DNA of 64,000 nucleotides from NCBI GenBank assembly GCA_965242725.1, contig CBDESZ010000003.1:1-64000 (forward strand), written 5' to 3'. This DNA is from Alkalispirochaeta sp. (lineage in GTDB: Bacteria; Spirochaetota; Spirochaetia; DSM-27196; Alkalispirochaetaceae). The notes below the pieces were generated by a model, which saw only the letters and a program-made list of their open reading frames with translations, ran no database searches and had not been told where the DNA came from. This document shows positions 29,776 through 39,640 of the stretch, piece after piece (the stretch's first letter is position 1; every line of letters begins with the position of its first letter). The position numbers and the translations under genes were made by a program.

Positions 29776-30777
29776 ATGAGTGTTTTTAAAAACAAAAAAG
29801 TCCTCGTCACCGGTGCCGACGGATTTATCGGCAGCCACCTCACCGAGGCGCTCATCGAAGCCGGGGCCGATGTCACCACCTTCGTATATTACAACTCGTT
29901 CAACTCCTGGGGCTGGTTAGACTCCTTCGACAAAGAAAAACGTGACGCACTCAATGTCTTTTCCGGAGACATCCGTGATCCCAATGGGGTGCGGGAGGCG
30001 ATCAAGGGGCAGGACTATGTGTTTCATCTTGCGGCGCTCATCGGTATTCCCTTCAGTTATCATTCGCCTGACAGCTACGTCGATACAAATATTAAGGGAA
30101 CCCTTAATGTGCTGCAGGCATCTCGCGACGCCGGCACCCACCGCGTTCTGGTGACGTCAACCTCTGAGGTGTACGGGACTGCACAGTACGTGCCGATCGA
30201 TGAGGACCATCCATTCCAGGGGCAGTCGCCGTACTCGGCTACCAAGATCGGTGCCGACCGGCTTGCGGAATCGTTCTTCCGAAGTTTTGAACTTCCCGTA
30301 TCGATTGTACGCCCCTTCAACACCTATGGACCCCGTCAGTCGGCTCGCGCCGTCATTCCGACGATTATCACCCAGCTTCTTGCCGGGGTAACAGAGATTA
30401 AGCTGGGAAGCCTGACGCCCACCCGGGATTTCAACTTCGTAAAGGATACCGTTGCCGGATTCCTGGCGATCGCCGGGACGGACTCGACGATCGGGCAGGA
30501 AATCAATATCGCAACACAGGATGAGATTTCCATCGGTACACTCGCTCAGGAGTTGATCGATCAAATCAATCCGTCGGCTCGAATAATCACGGACGAAGCG
30601 CGAATTCGTCCGAAGGATAGTGAAGTGGAGCGCCTCCTTGGTGCCAACGGGAAGATCAAGGAGCTGACGGGATGGCGACCGCAATACACCCTTACCGAGG
30701 GTATCGCGGAGACGATCAAATGGTTCCGGGAGAGTCCCGCCGCCCGCGGGTACAAGCATGATGTCTACAACGTCTGA
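29776..30777 (+). CDS. legB: NDP-GlcNAc 4,6-dehydratase (LegB-type)
   Basis: VTGADGFIGSHL, YYNSFNSWGWL, HLAALI.IPFSY..P.SY, QSPYSATK, RAVIPTII. Confidence 0.88.
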   Translation: MSVFKNKKVLVTGADGFIGSHLTEALIEAGADVTTFVYYNSFNSWGWLDSFDKEKRDALNVFSGDIRDPNGVREAIKGQDYVFHLAALIGIPFSYHSPDSYVDTNIKGTLNVLQASRDAGTHRVLVTSTSEVYGTAQYVPIDEDHPFQGQSPYSATKIGADRLAESFFRSFELPVSIVRPFNTYGPRQSARAVIPTIITQLLAGVTEIKLGSLTPTRDFNFVKDTVAGFLAIAGTDSTIGQEINIATQDEISIGTLAQELIDQINPSARIITDEARIRPKDSEVERLLGANGKIKELTGWRPQYTLTEGIAETIKWFRESPAARGYKHDVYNV

Positions 30778-31954
30778 TCCCACGGCAGTCGCCAACCATC
30801 TCGTCCGGTTTATCAGGGACGAGCTCTATCCCGGTCGCGACGTGATCGGTCTTCACGAACCGACCTTCACCGGCAATGAGAAAGCGTATGTACTCGATGC
30901 CATCGATTCCACCTTTGTTTCGTCCGTCGGCAAGTACGTCGACCGCTTTGAGGAGATGGTGGCCGAGTACACCGGCGCAACCAGGGCGATTGCCGCGATG
31001 AATGGAACGGCGGCGCTCCACGCGACACTCCACCTTATGGGTGTCGGGCGTGACGACCTCGTGATCACCCAGCCCCTTACCTTCGTCGCGACGGCCAACG
31101 CCATTAAATACGGCGGGGCCGATCCCGTATTTGTCGACGTGGAAGAGGACACGCTGGGCTTGTCGCCGCACGCGGTCCGTCGGTTTCTGGAAGGGCAGTG
31201 TGAGCAGGAAGGTACGGACGGCGTAATCCATATTCCGACGGGACGACGTGTCGCGGCGTGTGTTCCGATGCATACCTTCGGACTTCCCCTGCGGATCACC
31301 GAACTGGTCGAACTCTGTGATAAATGGTCGATCCCCGTCATTGAGGATGCCGCGGAATCACTCGGCTCGTTTGTGGGAGAAACACACACGGGACGATTCG
31401 GAAAAATCGGCATACTGAGCTTCAACGGTAACAAGACGATTACCACCGGTGGCGGCGGGATGATCATTACCGACGACGAGGCGCTCGGTCGCCGGGCCAA
31501 GCACATCACCACTACGGCCAAGGTTCCCCACCCGTGGGAATACGTTCACGATGAGCTTGGGTTCAACTATCGTCTCCCGAATCTCAACGCGGCCCTTGGA
31601 TGCGCACAAATGGAACAGTTGGACCAGAAGATTGCGGCAAAGGCTGAGATCGCTCGTCGTTATCGGGCAGCGACAGCCGAGTCTGTTGCCAACGACGCCC
31701 GGGGTGACGAATACAGGTTAATTGAGACTCGGTCGGGTACACGGTCAAATTACTGGCTCAACGCGATTCGTTGTCCCGACAGGGAAGCACGGGACGCAAT
31801 GCTCAAAACGTTTAACGACGCCCGCATCATGGCACGCCCCATCTGGGAATTAATGTATCGTCTGCCGGCGTTTACCGACGCAATAACAACGCCGTGTCCC
31901 GTCGCGGAAGAACTGGTCGACACGGTGGTGAACGTACCGAGCTGGCCGGTATGA
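30758..31954 (+). CDS. legC: LegC-family sugar aminotransferase
   Basis: LHEP.F.GNEK.Y, VSSVGKYVDRFE, EDAAESLGS, SFNGNKTITTGGGG, H.TTTAK..H.WEY.HD..GFNYR. Confidence 0.92.
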   Translation: MMSTTSDPTAVANHLVRFIRDELYPGRDVIGLHEPTFTGNEKAYVLDAIDSTFVSSVGKYVDRFEEMVAEYTGATRAIAAMNGTAALHATLHLMGVGRDDLVITQPLTFVATANAIKYGGADPVFVDVEEDTLGLSPHAVRRFLEGQCEQEGTDGVIHIPTGRRVAACVPMHTFGLPLRITELVELCDKWSIPVIEDAAESLGSFVGETHTGRFGKIGILSFNGNKTITTGGGGMIITDDEALGRRAKHITTTAKVPHPWEYVHDELGFNYRLPNLNAALGCAQMEQLDQKIAAKAEIARRYRAATAESVANDARGDEYRLIETRSGTRSNYWLNAIRCPDREARDAMLKTFNDARIMARPIWELMYRLPAFTDAITTPCPVAEELVDTVVNVPSWPV

Positions 31955-32586
31955 AGACACTGATCATTGTAGGAGCGGGCGGGCATGGTCAGGTCTGTGC
32001 AGATATCGCCGAACGACTCGCGTTGTTCGAGAGAGTTACATTTTCCGACAACGCTCATAAACGTGGACATCAAGTAGGTGGATGGCGAGTAGATTTCCAC
32101 GACGACGATCTTTCGGAGCAGGATCCTGATACCTGTTCATTCATTCTTGGAGTTGGACAGGTTGCCAACGGCCGAGCGCGGGAAATGCTGTTTTCTAGAA
32201 TCATGGGAACCGGGATTGCACCGACCATTCTGGTCGCTCCCGATGCTTCGGTCCCGCGGCATGCGTCAATAGGCGCAGGAACGCTTATCGGATTTATGGG
32301 TATTGTAAACATCGGCGCCGTCATCGGTACCAACGTAATCGTCAATACCCGTGCACTTATCGAACACGACGCAGCCGTTGGTGACCACGTTCACGTATCG
32401 ACAGGGGCCATTGTAAACGGTGGTGCCTGCGTTGGAGACCGCTGCATGATAGGCAGTGGTGCCATAGTGCTTCAGGGCGTTTCGGTCTGCCAGGATGTGA
32501 CCGTCGGCGCCGGAGCGGTCGTCACCCGTGATATTGTTACGCCGGGGACCTATGTCGGTGTCCCGGCCAGGAAAATTCATGACTGA
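31951..32586 (+). CDS. NeuD/PglD-family sugar acetyltransferase (hexapeptide repeat)
   Basis: IVGAGGHG, NT.A.IEHD..VGDHVH, GAGAVV..D, GVPAR. Confidence 0.9.
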   Translation: MKTLIIVGAGGHGQVCADIAERLALFERVTFSDNAHKRGHQVGGWRVDFHDDDLSEQDPDTCSFILGVGQVANGRAREMLFSRIMGTGIAPTILVAPDASVPRHASIGAGTLIGFMGIVNIGAVIGTNVIVNTRALIEHDAAVGDHVHVSTGAIVNGGACVGDRCMIGSGAIVLQGVSVCQDVTVGAGAVVTRDIVTPGTYVGVPARKIHD

Positions 32587-33592
32587 ATACCAACCGCTCC
32601 ATGTAACGGTCATTGCCGAAGCAGGCGTGAACCATAACGGCTCACTGGAAACGGCGAAACAACTCGCCGCTGCAGCCGCTGCCGCAAAGGCAGACTTCGT
32701 CAAGTTTCAGACATTTGACCCAAAGGCGTTGGTAGTTGAAACGGCTGCGACCGCCGAATATCAGCAGACCGGCGGTTACGAAAACCAATTGGACATGCTC
32801 TCCAGACTTACGCTGACCCGTGATGAGATCGTTGAGCTGAAAGCACATTGCGATTCAATCGGTATCGCATTTCTGTCCACCGCGTTTGATCTCGGTTCAG
32901 TACAGACATTACGGGATCTCGGTCAAACGACGTGGAAGATACCTTCCGGGGAAATCACCAACGTCCCGTTAATAGAGGAAATCGGTTCCATCGCGGACGA
33001 GGTGATCGTGTCCACCGGTATGGCGACGCTGGGTGAGATAGAGTCGGCGCTATCGTGGTTGGAGGAAACCGGGTGTTCTCGCGGCCGTGTAACTGTTCTG
33101 CATTGTAATACCGAGTATCCCACGCCCTATTCCGATGTACATCTACGGGCGATGGAAACAATCGGTCGGGCTTTTAACGTTCGCGTCGGCTACTCCGACC
33201 ATACCATGGGTGTCGAAGTACCGATTGCTGCGGTGGCGCTGGGCGCAACGGTGATTGAAAAACACTTTACTCTCGATCGAACCCTCCCTGGTCCCGACCA
33301 GAAAGCATCTCTTGAACCGGATGAACTCAGCGCGATGGTGGCGGCCATACGTAACATCGAACAATCGTTGGGAAGGTCGGGGAAACGAGTTACGGAGTCG
33401 GAACGAAAGAACAAAGCTGTAGCTCGTAAAGGAATCTATGCGTCTCGAAACATTAAAGACGGTGAGGAATTTTCAACTGAGAATCTCACTACGAAAAGGC
33501 CGGAAGGGTTCCTTCCTGCATCCGAGTGGCATAGAGTAATTGGACGCACGGCGCGACGCGTTTATCGTCCAGACGAGCCAATTGAATGGTGA
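32579..33592 (+). CDS. legI: N,N'-diacyl-legionaminate synthase (NeuB/LegI)
   Basis: IAEAGVNHNG, VKFQTF, KIPSGEITN, LHCNTEYPTP, GYSDHT, IEKHFTLDR..PGPD, C-terminal SAF; Leg context. Confidence 0.85.
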   Translation: MTEYQPLHVTVIAEAGVNHNGSLETAKQLAAAAAAAKADFVKFQTFDPKALVVETAATAEYQQTGGYENQLDMLSRLTLTRDEIVELKAHCDSIGIAFLSTAFDLGSVQTLRDLGQTTWKIPSGEITNVPLIEEIGSIADEVIVSTGMATLGEIESALSWLEETGCSRGRVTVLHCNTEYPTPYSDVHLRAMETIGRAFNVRVGYSDHTMGVEVPIAAVALGATVIEKHFTLDRTLPGPDQKASLEPDELSAMVAAIRNIEQSLGRSGKRVTESERKNKAVARKGIYASRNIKDGEEFSTENLTTKRPEGFLPASEWHRVIGRTARRVYRPDEPIEW

Positions 33593-33760
33593 CACCATAG
33601 TCTGCTACCATTCCACCGCTTACCTGAAGCCCTCCGAGGTATATAGGCTTCTATCATTGTGAAGAATGTTTACATGGAATAGCTTGCACATCATGAAAAT
33701 CGTACCCATAAAAAGACTACCTGGGTGGGCTCATCTCACCATCTGTAGGAGAACGTTACA

Positions 33761-33994
33761 ATGACGGAAAAAGAAGCGACGCTTCATAGAATACTTGAAA
33801 AGGTTGCTAAGAAGCGCGTAGAACCTCAATACATCGAGAATGGTGTTTCTTTTCAGGAAATCGGATTGGATTCTCTCGCTCTCGCTGAGTTGACCGTTCG
33901 GCTGGAACAAGAGTTCGGCGTGGACGTTTTTGCAAATGGCGTAATAGGCACCGTCGCGGAAGTCAAAGAACGAATCGGCATAAGTGCGCGATGA
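33761..33994 (+). CDS. Acyl carrier protein
   Basis: 77 aa, acidic, IGLDSL phosphopantetheine motif, LEQEFGV, TV.EV; AGGAG SD. Confidence 0.9.
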   Translation: MTEKEATLHRILEKVAKKRVEPQYIENGVSFQEIGLDSLALAELTVRLEQEFGVDVFANGVIGTVAEVKERIGISAR

Positions 33995-35223
33995 TCGAAT
34001 TTTTTGTTGACGGGGAAACCACATATACATACGACGACCTGATAGAAGCGGTTAACCAAACTGAATCGCTGTCAACTGTCGTACAGGAATCGGATTATTT
34101 TTCTCTTTTCGTGAACTATGTCGCTGCAATTGTCTATGGGATTGATATAACGGTTATAGACTCTGACCTTTCCGAAGTAGAAAAGGCCAGCTTGGGGCCA
34201 ATGTCCATTTCGATCAAGACACGTAACGAACCAACGATCGAGTCATTTCAAGATCTTCTGTCTGTGTTTGAATCACGGAAAAACAAATGGCATTTGACAC
34301 TGTTTACATCGGGGACGACAGGGCGTCCTAAAGCTGTAAGCCACACTCTGGAAAGTCTGACTCGGATGGTGCGCACGGGAGATCGCTACGAGAACAGTGT
34401 TTGGGGCTTCGCCTATAATCCAACACACTTTGCTGGTTTCCAGGTGTTTTTCCAAGGGCTATACAATTGTAACAAGATGGTTCGGCTCTTCGGGCGGCAA
34501 TACGCCGAGGTAGTAGATGCTATCCGCAGTCACCGGGTGACCCACATTTCAGCTACACCTACCTTTGTTCGCGGTTTGACAAACCAATTAGCGACAACCG
34601 ATGTCGAGCTATCCTCCGTCCGGCGGATCACAACCGGCGGCGAACGCTTCGATGATCGTCTGGTAGGCAGAATTGAAAGGCACTTCCCAAATGCTCGTAT
34701 AAACAACATATATGCATCAACCGAGGCGGGAAGCCTTTTTGTTGGTCACGGGGATCTATTATCGGTACCAGAATCAATCCGCGGGAAAGTTGCATTCTCG
34801 GAACAAAATGAGATTTTAATACATAAGAGTCTCTTGGGCAGGAGCAGCGGGTTGGATATTGAAGGCGACTGGTTTAGTACCGGGGATATTGTTGATGAGC
34901 CAAACCCAACCGGTTTTCGTATTCAAGGCCGGCGGAGTGAGTTTATAAACGTGGGAGGCTATAAAGTAAATCCCCATGAGGTCGAAGCAACAATCCGGAC
35001 CGTTTCGGGAGTACTGGAGGTACGCTGTCATGGAATTAGCAATCCCATAACAGGTAAGATCGTTGCGGCCGATATAGTTGGCGACGGCACGCAATCAGCA
35101 GCCGACTTGGAAGCACGGATTGAAACTGTTTGTACGGAGTCCCTCCAATCATTTAAACGGCCGCGAATAATCAATATCGTCAAATCAATTGATCAAACCC
35201 ATACAGGAAAACTGAAGCGATGA
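33991..35223 (+). CDS. ANL-superfamily adenylating enzyme (acyl-ACP/CoA ligase, short form)
   Basis: FTSGTTGRPK, GGE, YASTEAG, WFSTGD, GR....INVGGYKVNP.EVE, TGKLKR. Confidence 0.9.
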   Translation: MIEFFVDGETTYTYDDLIEAVNQTESLSTVVQESDYFSLFVNYVAAIVYGIDITVIDSDLSEVEKASLGPMSISIKTRNEPTIESFQDLLSVFESRKNKWHLTLFTSGTTGRPKAVSHTLESLTRMVRTGDRYENSVWGFAYNPTHFAGFQVFFQGLYNCNKMVRLFGRQYAEVVDAIRSHRVTHISATPTFVRGLTNQLATTDVELSSVRRITTGGERFDDRLVGRIERHFPNARINNIYASTEAGSLFVGHGDLLSVPESIRGKVAFSEQNEILIHKSLLGRSSGLDIEGDWFSTGDIVDEPNPTGFRIQGRRSEFINVGGYKVNPHEVEATIRTVSGVLEVRCHGISNPITGKIVAADIVGDGTQSAADLEARIETVCTESLQSFKRPRIINIVKSIDQTHTGKLKR

Positions 35224-35948
35224 AGTATGCAGTAGTCGTTACCGGTGATTCTGGGAGCCTGGGATCCGCAATATGCCGGGCGATTAGTACGATTATGGGC
35301 GTACATGTGATCGGAATGAGTCGCCGGTCAAATGATGTCACTAAAAAGCTTTACCAGGAGCTGGGGGGACGTTACGAGCACCTGACCTGCGATTTGTCTG
35401 ATCTTGACGCCGTGGAAGAAACATTCCGGCGAGATATCTACGAGGACTATGCAGTAGTTGGACTGGTTAACAACTCGGCCTTTGCATATGACGATCTCGC
35501 TACAAACATGCAGATCGATCCGTTGCAACACATGTTTACGGTCAACGTGTATGCGCCAATGGTCCTCTCCAAGCTTGCGATCAGGAACATGCTCCTCAAT
35601 GAGACTGAAGGTGCTTTAGTGCATATATCTTCGATATCCGTGCACACAGGTTACAAAGGCCTCTCTATGTATGCAGCTACAAAAGGCGCGCTTGAAGCTT
35701 ATTCTCTTAATGTCGCGCGGGAATGGGGTTCCAGAGGAATTCGGTCAAACTGCGTCGCCGCGGGTTTTATGGACACGCCTATGACGTCAACCTTAACGGA
35801 AGAACAAAAGGAACGAGTCTTGCGGCGCAACTCAATGAAACGTATGCTCGACGTCCAAGAAGTAGCTGAAGCGGTTGCTTTCTTAGTCTCACAGAAGTCA
35901 TCGGGTCTTACGGGACAGACACTGCGCGTTGACCATGGGACTATTTGA
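35220..35948 (+). CDS. SDR oxidoreductase (FabG-like)
   Basis: VTGDSGSLG, VNNSA, ISS, YAATK, NCVA.GF.DT, TGQ.L.VD.G. Confidence 0.9.
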   Translation: MKYAVVVTGDSGSLGSAICRAISTIMGVHVIGMSRRSNDVTKKLYQELGGRYEHLTCDLSDLDAVEETFRRDIYEDYAVVGLVNNSAFAYDDLATNMQIDPLQHMFTVNVYAPMVLSKLAIRNMLLNETEGALVHISSISVHTGYKGLSMYAATKGALEAYSLNVAREWGSRGIRSNCVAAGFMDTPMTSTLTEEQKERVLRRNSMKRMLDVQEVAEAVAFLVSQKSSGLTGQTLRVDHGTI

Positions 35949-35960
35949 ATTACATTACCA

Positions 35961-36740
35961 ATGATAAAAGTTGAACCATTCTATTCTTACAAGGTCTTGG
36001 AAGAAAACAGGAGTCAGTTTTTCTCTCTGTTTAGCAAAGTTTTTAGTCGACAATACAGTGACTCGGAGTGGGAGCGCTTTTTTCATAAAAATCCCGGCGG
36101 AGAACCGTCAGGAGTTTCAGTCTATTCGGACGGTGAACTGGTCGCGTTTTCCGCTTTATTGCCTAGTTGGATACAATCAGCCTCCGGTCCGATTTCGTAC
36201 GGATTGTATGTGGCCGCAATGGTGCATCCAGATTTCCGAAGTGGCGCGACAACGTATTTACAGATGCTTGCAGTCCTCAAGGATGTTGCTTCAGATGTCG
36301 GACACACGTTTGTCATGGCGTTTCCGAACAGAAACGCTTTCTATCCGCTCCGACAGCTTGGTCGATTCACACTATTGGATTCTGCAGAATTTCGGAACGG
36401 GCCAATTGACGATGTTTACATAGATTACCTGCAAAGAATGGGTGATGCTCCTTTTCTAACCGACAAAATCCTTGATTGGCGTCTCAAGTTCCCCGGATTA
36501 AAAATGGAAAAATTCGTTGTGACCAAGCAGTTCCAGGGTCGACTGAATATTCTTGATTGGCTGGGCCAGCCGAGTTCCTTTTCCGATACGGATTACGACT
36601 ATCCGCGGTGGTTTTCGGCCGACCATGCCTATGTCGATTCTGAGCCTCGAGACGTGAATCTCACCTATTTGGAAATAGAACCTGGAATGATTGAGTTGAG
36701 TACGCTCAGAAGGAGCGTCCTTTACTCGGACGTGTATTGA
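35961..36740 (+). CDS. GNAT-family N-acyltransferase
   Basis: F..VF.....W.F..NP, AMVHPDFR.G motif A, MAFPN..A motif B. Confidence 0.75.
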   Translation: MIKVEPFYSYKVLEENRSQFFSLFSKVFSRQYSDSEWERFFHKNPGGEPSGVSVYSDGELVAFSALLPSWIQSASGPISYGLYVAAMVHPDFRSGATTYLQMLAVLKDVASDVGHTFVMAFPNRNAFYPLRQLGRFTLLDSAEFRNGPIDDVYIDYLQRMGDAPFLTDKILDWRLKFPGLKMEKFVVTKQFQGRLNILDWLGQPSSFSDTDYDYPRWFSADHAYVDSEPRDVNLTYLEIEPGMIELSTLRRSVLYSDVY

Positions 36741-36745
36741 TAACT

Positions 36746-37912
36746 ATGAGAGTTTTGGCATTTACCGGTATTAGATCAGACTATGACTTAATGAGCGGAC
36801 TGTATCGTGCATTAGATGAGGCGCCGGATTTCGAGGTTGGGCTTGTTGTGATGGGGGCTCATCTTTCTCCCACCTATGGAATGTCTGTCCGGGAGATTGA
36901 AGCAGATGCAATAGACATCGTGGCAAGAGTCGAAACTCTGTTAGATTCGGACTCCCGTTCTGCAAGATTACAAGCCATAGGAATTGCCCTGACCGCAATA
37001 GTCCCGATCTTACATAACTTTCGCCCGGACTTATTGGTCTATCCAGGAGACAGGGAAGATGTCCTGATCGGGGCAATGTTGTCTGCATATTTGCGTATTC
37101 CATCGATTCATTTCTTCGGTGGTGATCATTCAACTGACGGAATTGTTGATAATCCGGTTCGCCACGCCGCTTCGAAAATGTCCTCTATACATTTCGTGAC
37201 CCATGAGGTTCACAGAGACAGACTCATTGCCATGGGCGAAGCGCCTGAACGGTGCTACCTGGTAGGCAGCCCGGCTCTGGACAAGTTTCGTACTACCAAA
37301 ACATACACGAAGGAAGCCGTTCTGACTTCTATAGGCGTACATAATTGCAGTGAGTACGCACTTGTTATCTTTCATCCCTTGCCGGGACATGAAGAGTTTG
37401 CCGGGCAGCAGTTCGAAGAGATACTGAGGACACTCAAAGAGCTTGGATACTATACAATAGTCAGTTACCCGAACATTGACTCCGGCAGTAAGCGCATTAT
37501 TGACATAATACAACGCTGGAAAGACGAAGACGGTGTTACGTTTTATAGGAATCTCTCGCGGGAGGTCTTTATCAACGTAATGCGACATGCCAGTTTCATG
37601 ATCGGCAATAGTAGTGCGGGAATTCTTGAAGCACCGTCCCTGCACCTTCCTGCGATAAATGTCGGCGAGCGCCAAAAAGAACGTTTGTGTTCCAACAACG
37701 TTTTATTCGTCGATCCCACACGAGAAGATATTGTGCGTGCCGTAGACATCGCGACATCCCAGGAATTTAGACGGAAATTAGAACAGACGGAATCTCCATT
37801 TGGTGATGGTCACTCCGTTGAGCGGTGCGTTCGGCTCCTGCGGGAGATTCCTTTTGATCAATACATTTCGAAAATTGAAGATCCTTTGACCTTGCCGCGA
37901 GGTAACCAATGA
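36746..37912 (+). CDS. neuC: Hydrolysing NDP-diNAc-bacillosamine 2-epimerase (NeuC/LegG)
   Basis: TGIRSDY, GAHLSPTYG, GDRE, H..GG....G..D..VRHA.SK, IGNSSAGI.EAP, NVG.RQ..R, FGDG. Confidence 0.9.
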   Translation: MRVLAFTGIRSDYDLMSGLYRALDEAPDFEVGLVVMGAHLSPTYGMSVREIEADAIDIVARVETLLDSDSRSARLQAIGIALTAIVPILHNFRPDLLVYPGDREDVLIGAMLSAYLRIPSIHFFGGDHSTDGIVDNPVRHAASKMSSIHFVTHEVHRDRLIAMGEAPERCYLVGSPALDKFRTTKTYTKEAVLTSIGVHNCSEYALVIFHPLPGHEEFAGQQFEEILRTLKELGYYTIVSYPNIDSGSKRIIDIIQRWKDEDGVTFYRNLSREVFINVMRHASFMIGNSSAGILEAPSLHLPAINVGERQKERLCSNNVLFVDPTREDIVRAVDIATSQEFRRKLEQTESPFGDGHSVERCVRLLREIPFDQYISKIEDPLTLPRGNQ

Positions 37913-38571
37913 AACGCCTGTGCGTAATCGCTCCACATCCTGACGACGAACTCCTGGGTGCCGGGGGTACTATTCTCTCCGCGATTAAGCAAGGGGGAGA
38001 GGCATACTGGCTTATCGTCACCGGGATTTCCAAAGAATATGGATTTCCCGCCAATCGCGTCTCCCAGCGTGAACAAGAGATAGCCACAGTGGCGGCGGCG
38101 GTTCCGTTTGCCGAAACGCGTCGCCTGGATCACCCGACGACGACGTTGGACACGGTTCCCGGTGGGACGCTAATCGCAGGCATAAAAAACATTCTCGACT
38201 CCTGGCAGCCCGATACGGTAATCATACCGTGGAAAGACGACGCTCATACGGATCATCTCGCCGTCTACAACGCGGCGATGGCCGCGACCAAAGTATTCCG
38301 CGCTCCGTACGTAGAAACGGTTTTGTCAATGGAGATCCTCTCGGAAACCAATTTCCCCCGGTCCGCAGGGTTCACGCCGAACTGGTATATCGATATCAGC
38401 GACCATATAGAGAGAAAGATCGAGCTTCTTCGCGTCTTTCAATCTGAGTTTGCGCCCCATCCGTTTCCCAGAAGCGAAGACGCAGTTCGTGCGCTTGCAA
38501 CGCTCCGAGGCAGTGAGTCGGGATACCGAGCTGCAGAAGCGTTTCATCTTATAAGGCACCGTTATGAATAA
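37909..38571 (+). CDS. PIG-L/LmbE family deacetylase
   Basis: APHPDDE..G.GG, R..E, D.H.DH, HPFPRS...ALA..RG, AEAF. Confidence 0.9.
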   Translation: MKRLCVIAPHPDDELLGAGGTILSAIKQGGEAYWLIVTGISKEYGFPANRVSQREQEIATVAAAVPFAETRRLDHPTTTLDTVPGGTLIAGIKNILDSWQPDTVIIPWKDDAHTDHLAVYNAAMAATKVFRAPYVETVLSMEILSETNFPRSAGFTPNWYIDISDHIERKIELLRVFQSEFAPHPFPRSEDAVRALATLRGSESGYRAAEAFHLIRHRYE

Positions 38572-39640
38572 ACGACAGGATTTAACAATTGAACTTTCAA
38601 CGACAATCCGTGACGCGATGCAACGGTTGGACCAGACAGCAGAAAAATGTCTTTTTGTGGTGGGTGAAAATGGAGCCCTCATTGGGGCGCTCACTGATGG
38701 TGATGTTCGGCGGGCGATCCTGAAAGGGCGCAGCCTGGATGAGACCATTGTGGGAATCTACAATACAAAACCAATTACGATTGTTGAAAGCGATGGCCGG
38801 GCGGACAACGAGCAAACATTCGTTGAAGCCACACAGCTTATGATAGAGCACCGAGCCGAAGTTCTTCCGGTAATAAACGATGCCGGAAGGATTCTTCGAT
38901 ATGTGACCTGGATCGATCTATTCGGCGACGAAAGTGGCGCCGAACGGCCGGCTCTCACCTCTCCGGTGGTGATCATGGCCGGTGGATACGGAACTCGCCT
39001 CGAGCCTTTTACCAAAGTTTTACCCAAGCCGCTCATACCGGTTCATAACAAACCGATTATTGAACACATCATCGACCGGTTTGTGGATGTTGGAGCGAAA
39101 GATTTCTGGCTCACGGTGAATTACAAGAGTCGAATAATGAAAGCGTACTTCGATGACAGGTCGCCGGAATACTCGGTTACCTTCATTGACGAGCCCGAAC
39201 CAATGGGGACGGCCGGCAGCCTTCAATTCATGCGCGATAAGATGGAGGGGCCATTCTTCGTCACAAATTGCGACATCATTATCAACACTGACTACCGCAG
39301 TGTAATGGATTTTCACCAGGAACATGGACACGTCATCACCCTTGTTGGTTCTACAGTTCACTACCAGATTCCCTACGGGACGTGTGTATTAAATGAAGCC
39401 GGATCATTGGCCCGGGTTGACGAAAAACCTCAATACGATTTTTTGGTCAATACGGGTATGTACGTGGTCAGCCCGAAAGCGCTTGACCTCATTCCGACGA
39501 CAGGTGTGTATCACATGACTCACCTCATGGAAGCAGCTGTGAGCGCGGGACTCACCGTAGGAGTATTTCCGGTAAGCGAAGACGCCTGGATCGATATCGG
39601 CCAGTGGAAAGAGTATCAGCGCGCGGCAGATCGATTATGA
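38564..39640 (+). CDS. CBS-pair nucleotidyltransferase (PtmE/LegX-like sugar-1-P nucleotidyltransferase)
   Basis: N-terminal CBS (TDGDVRRA), MAGG.GTRL.P.T..LPKPL, GTAG.L, N.D, W.DIG. Confidence 0.9.
   Translation: MNKRQDLTIELSTTIRDAMQRLDQTAEKCLFVVGENGALIGALTDGDVRRAILKGRSLDETIVGIYNTKPITIVESDGRADNEQTFVEATQLMIEHRAEVLPVINDAGRILRYVTWIDLFGDESGAERPALTSPVVIMAGGYGTRLEPFTKVLPKPLIPVHNKPIIEHIIDRFVDVGAKDFWLTVNYKSRIMKAYFDDRSPEYSVTFIDEPEPMGTAGSLQFMRDKMEGPFFVTNCDIIINTDYRSVMDFHQEHGHVITLVGSTVHYQIPYGTCVLNEAGSLARVDEKPQYDFLVNTGMYVVSPKALDLIPTTGVYHMTHLMEAAVSAGLTVGVFPVSEDAWIDIGQWKEYQRAADRL

Noticed and set aside
33761..36740. PKS/NRPS secondary-metabolite cluster
   Set aside because: No ketosynthase, condensation or thioesterase domain; the cassette is embedded in a sugar operon.
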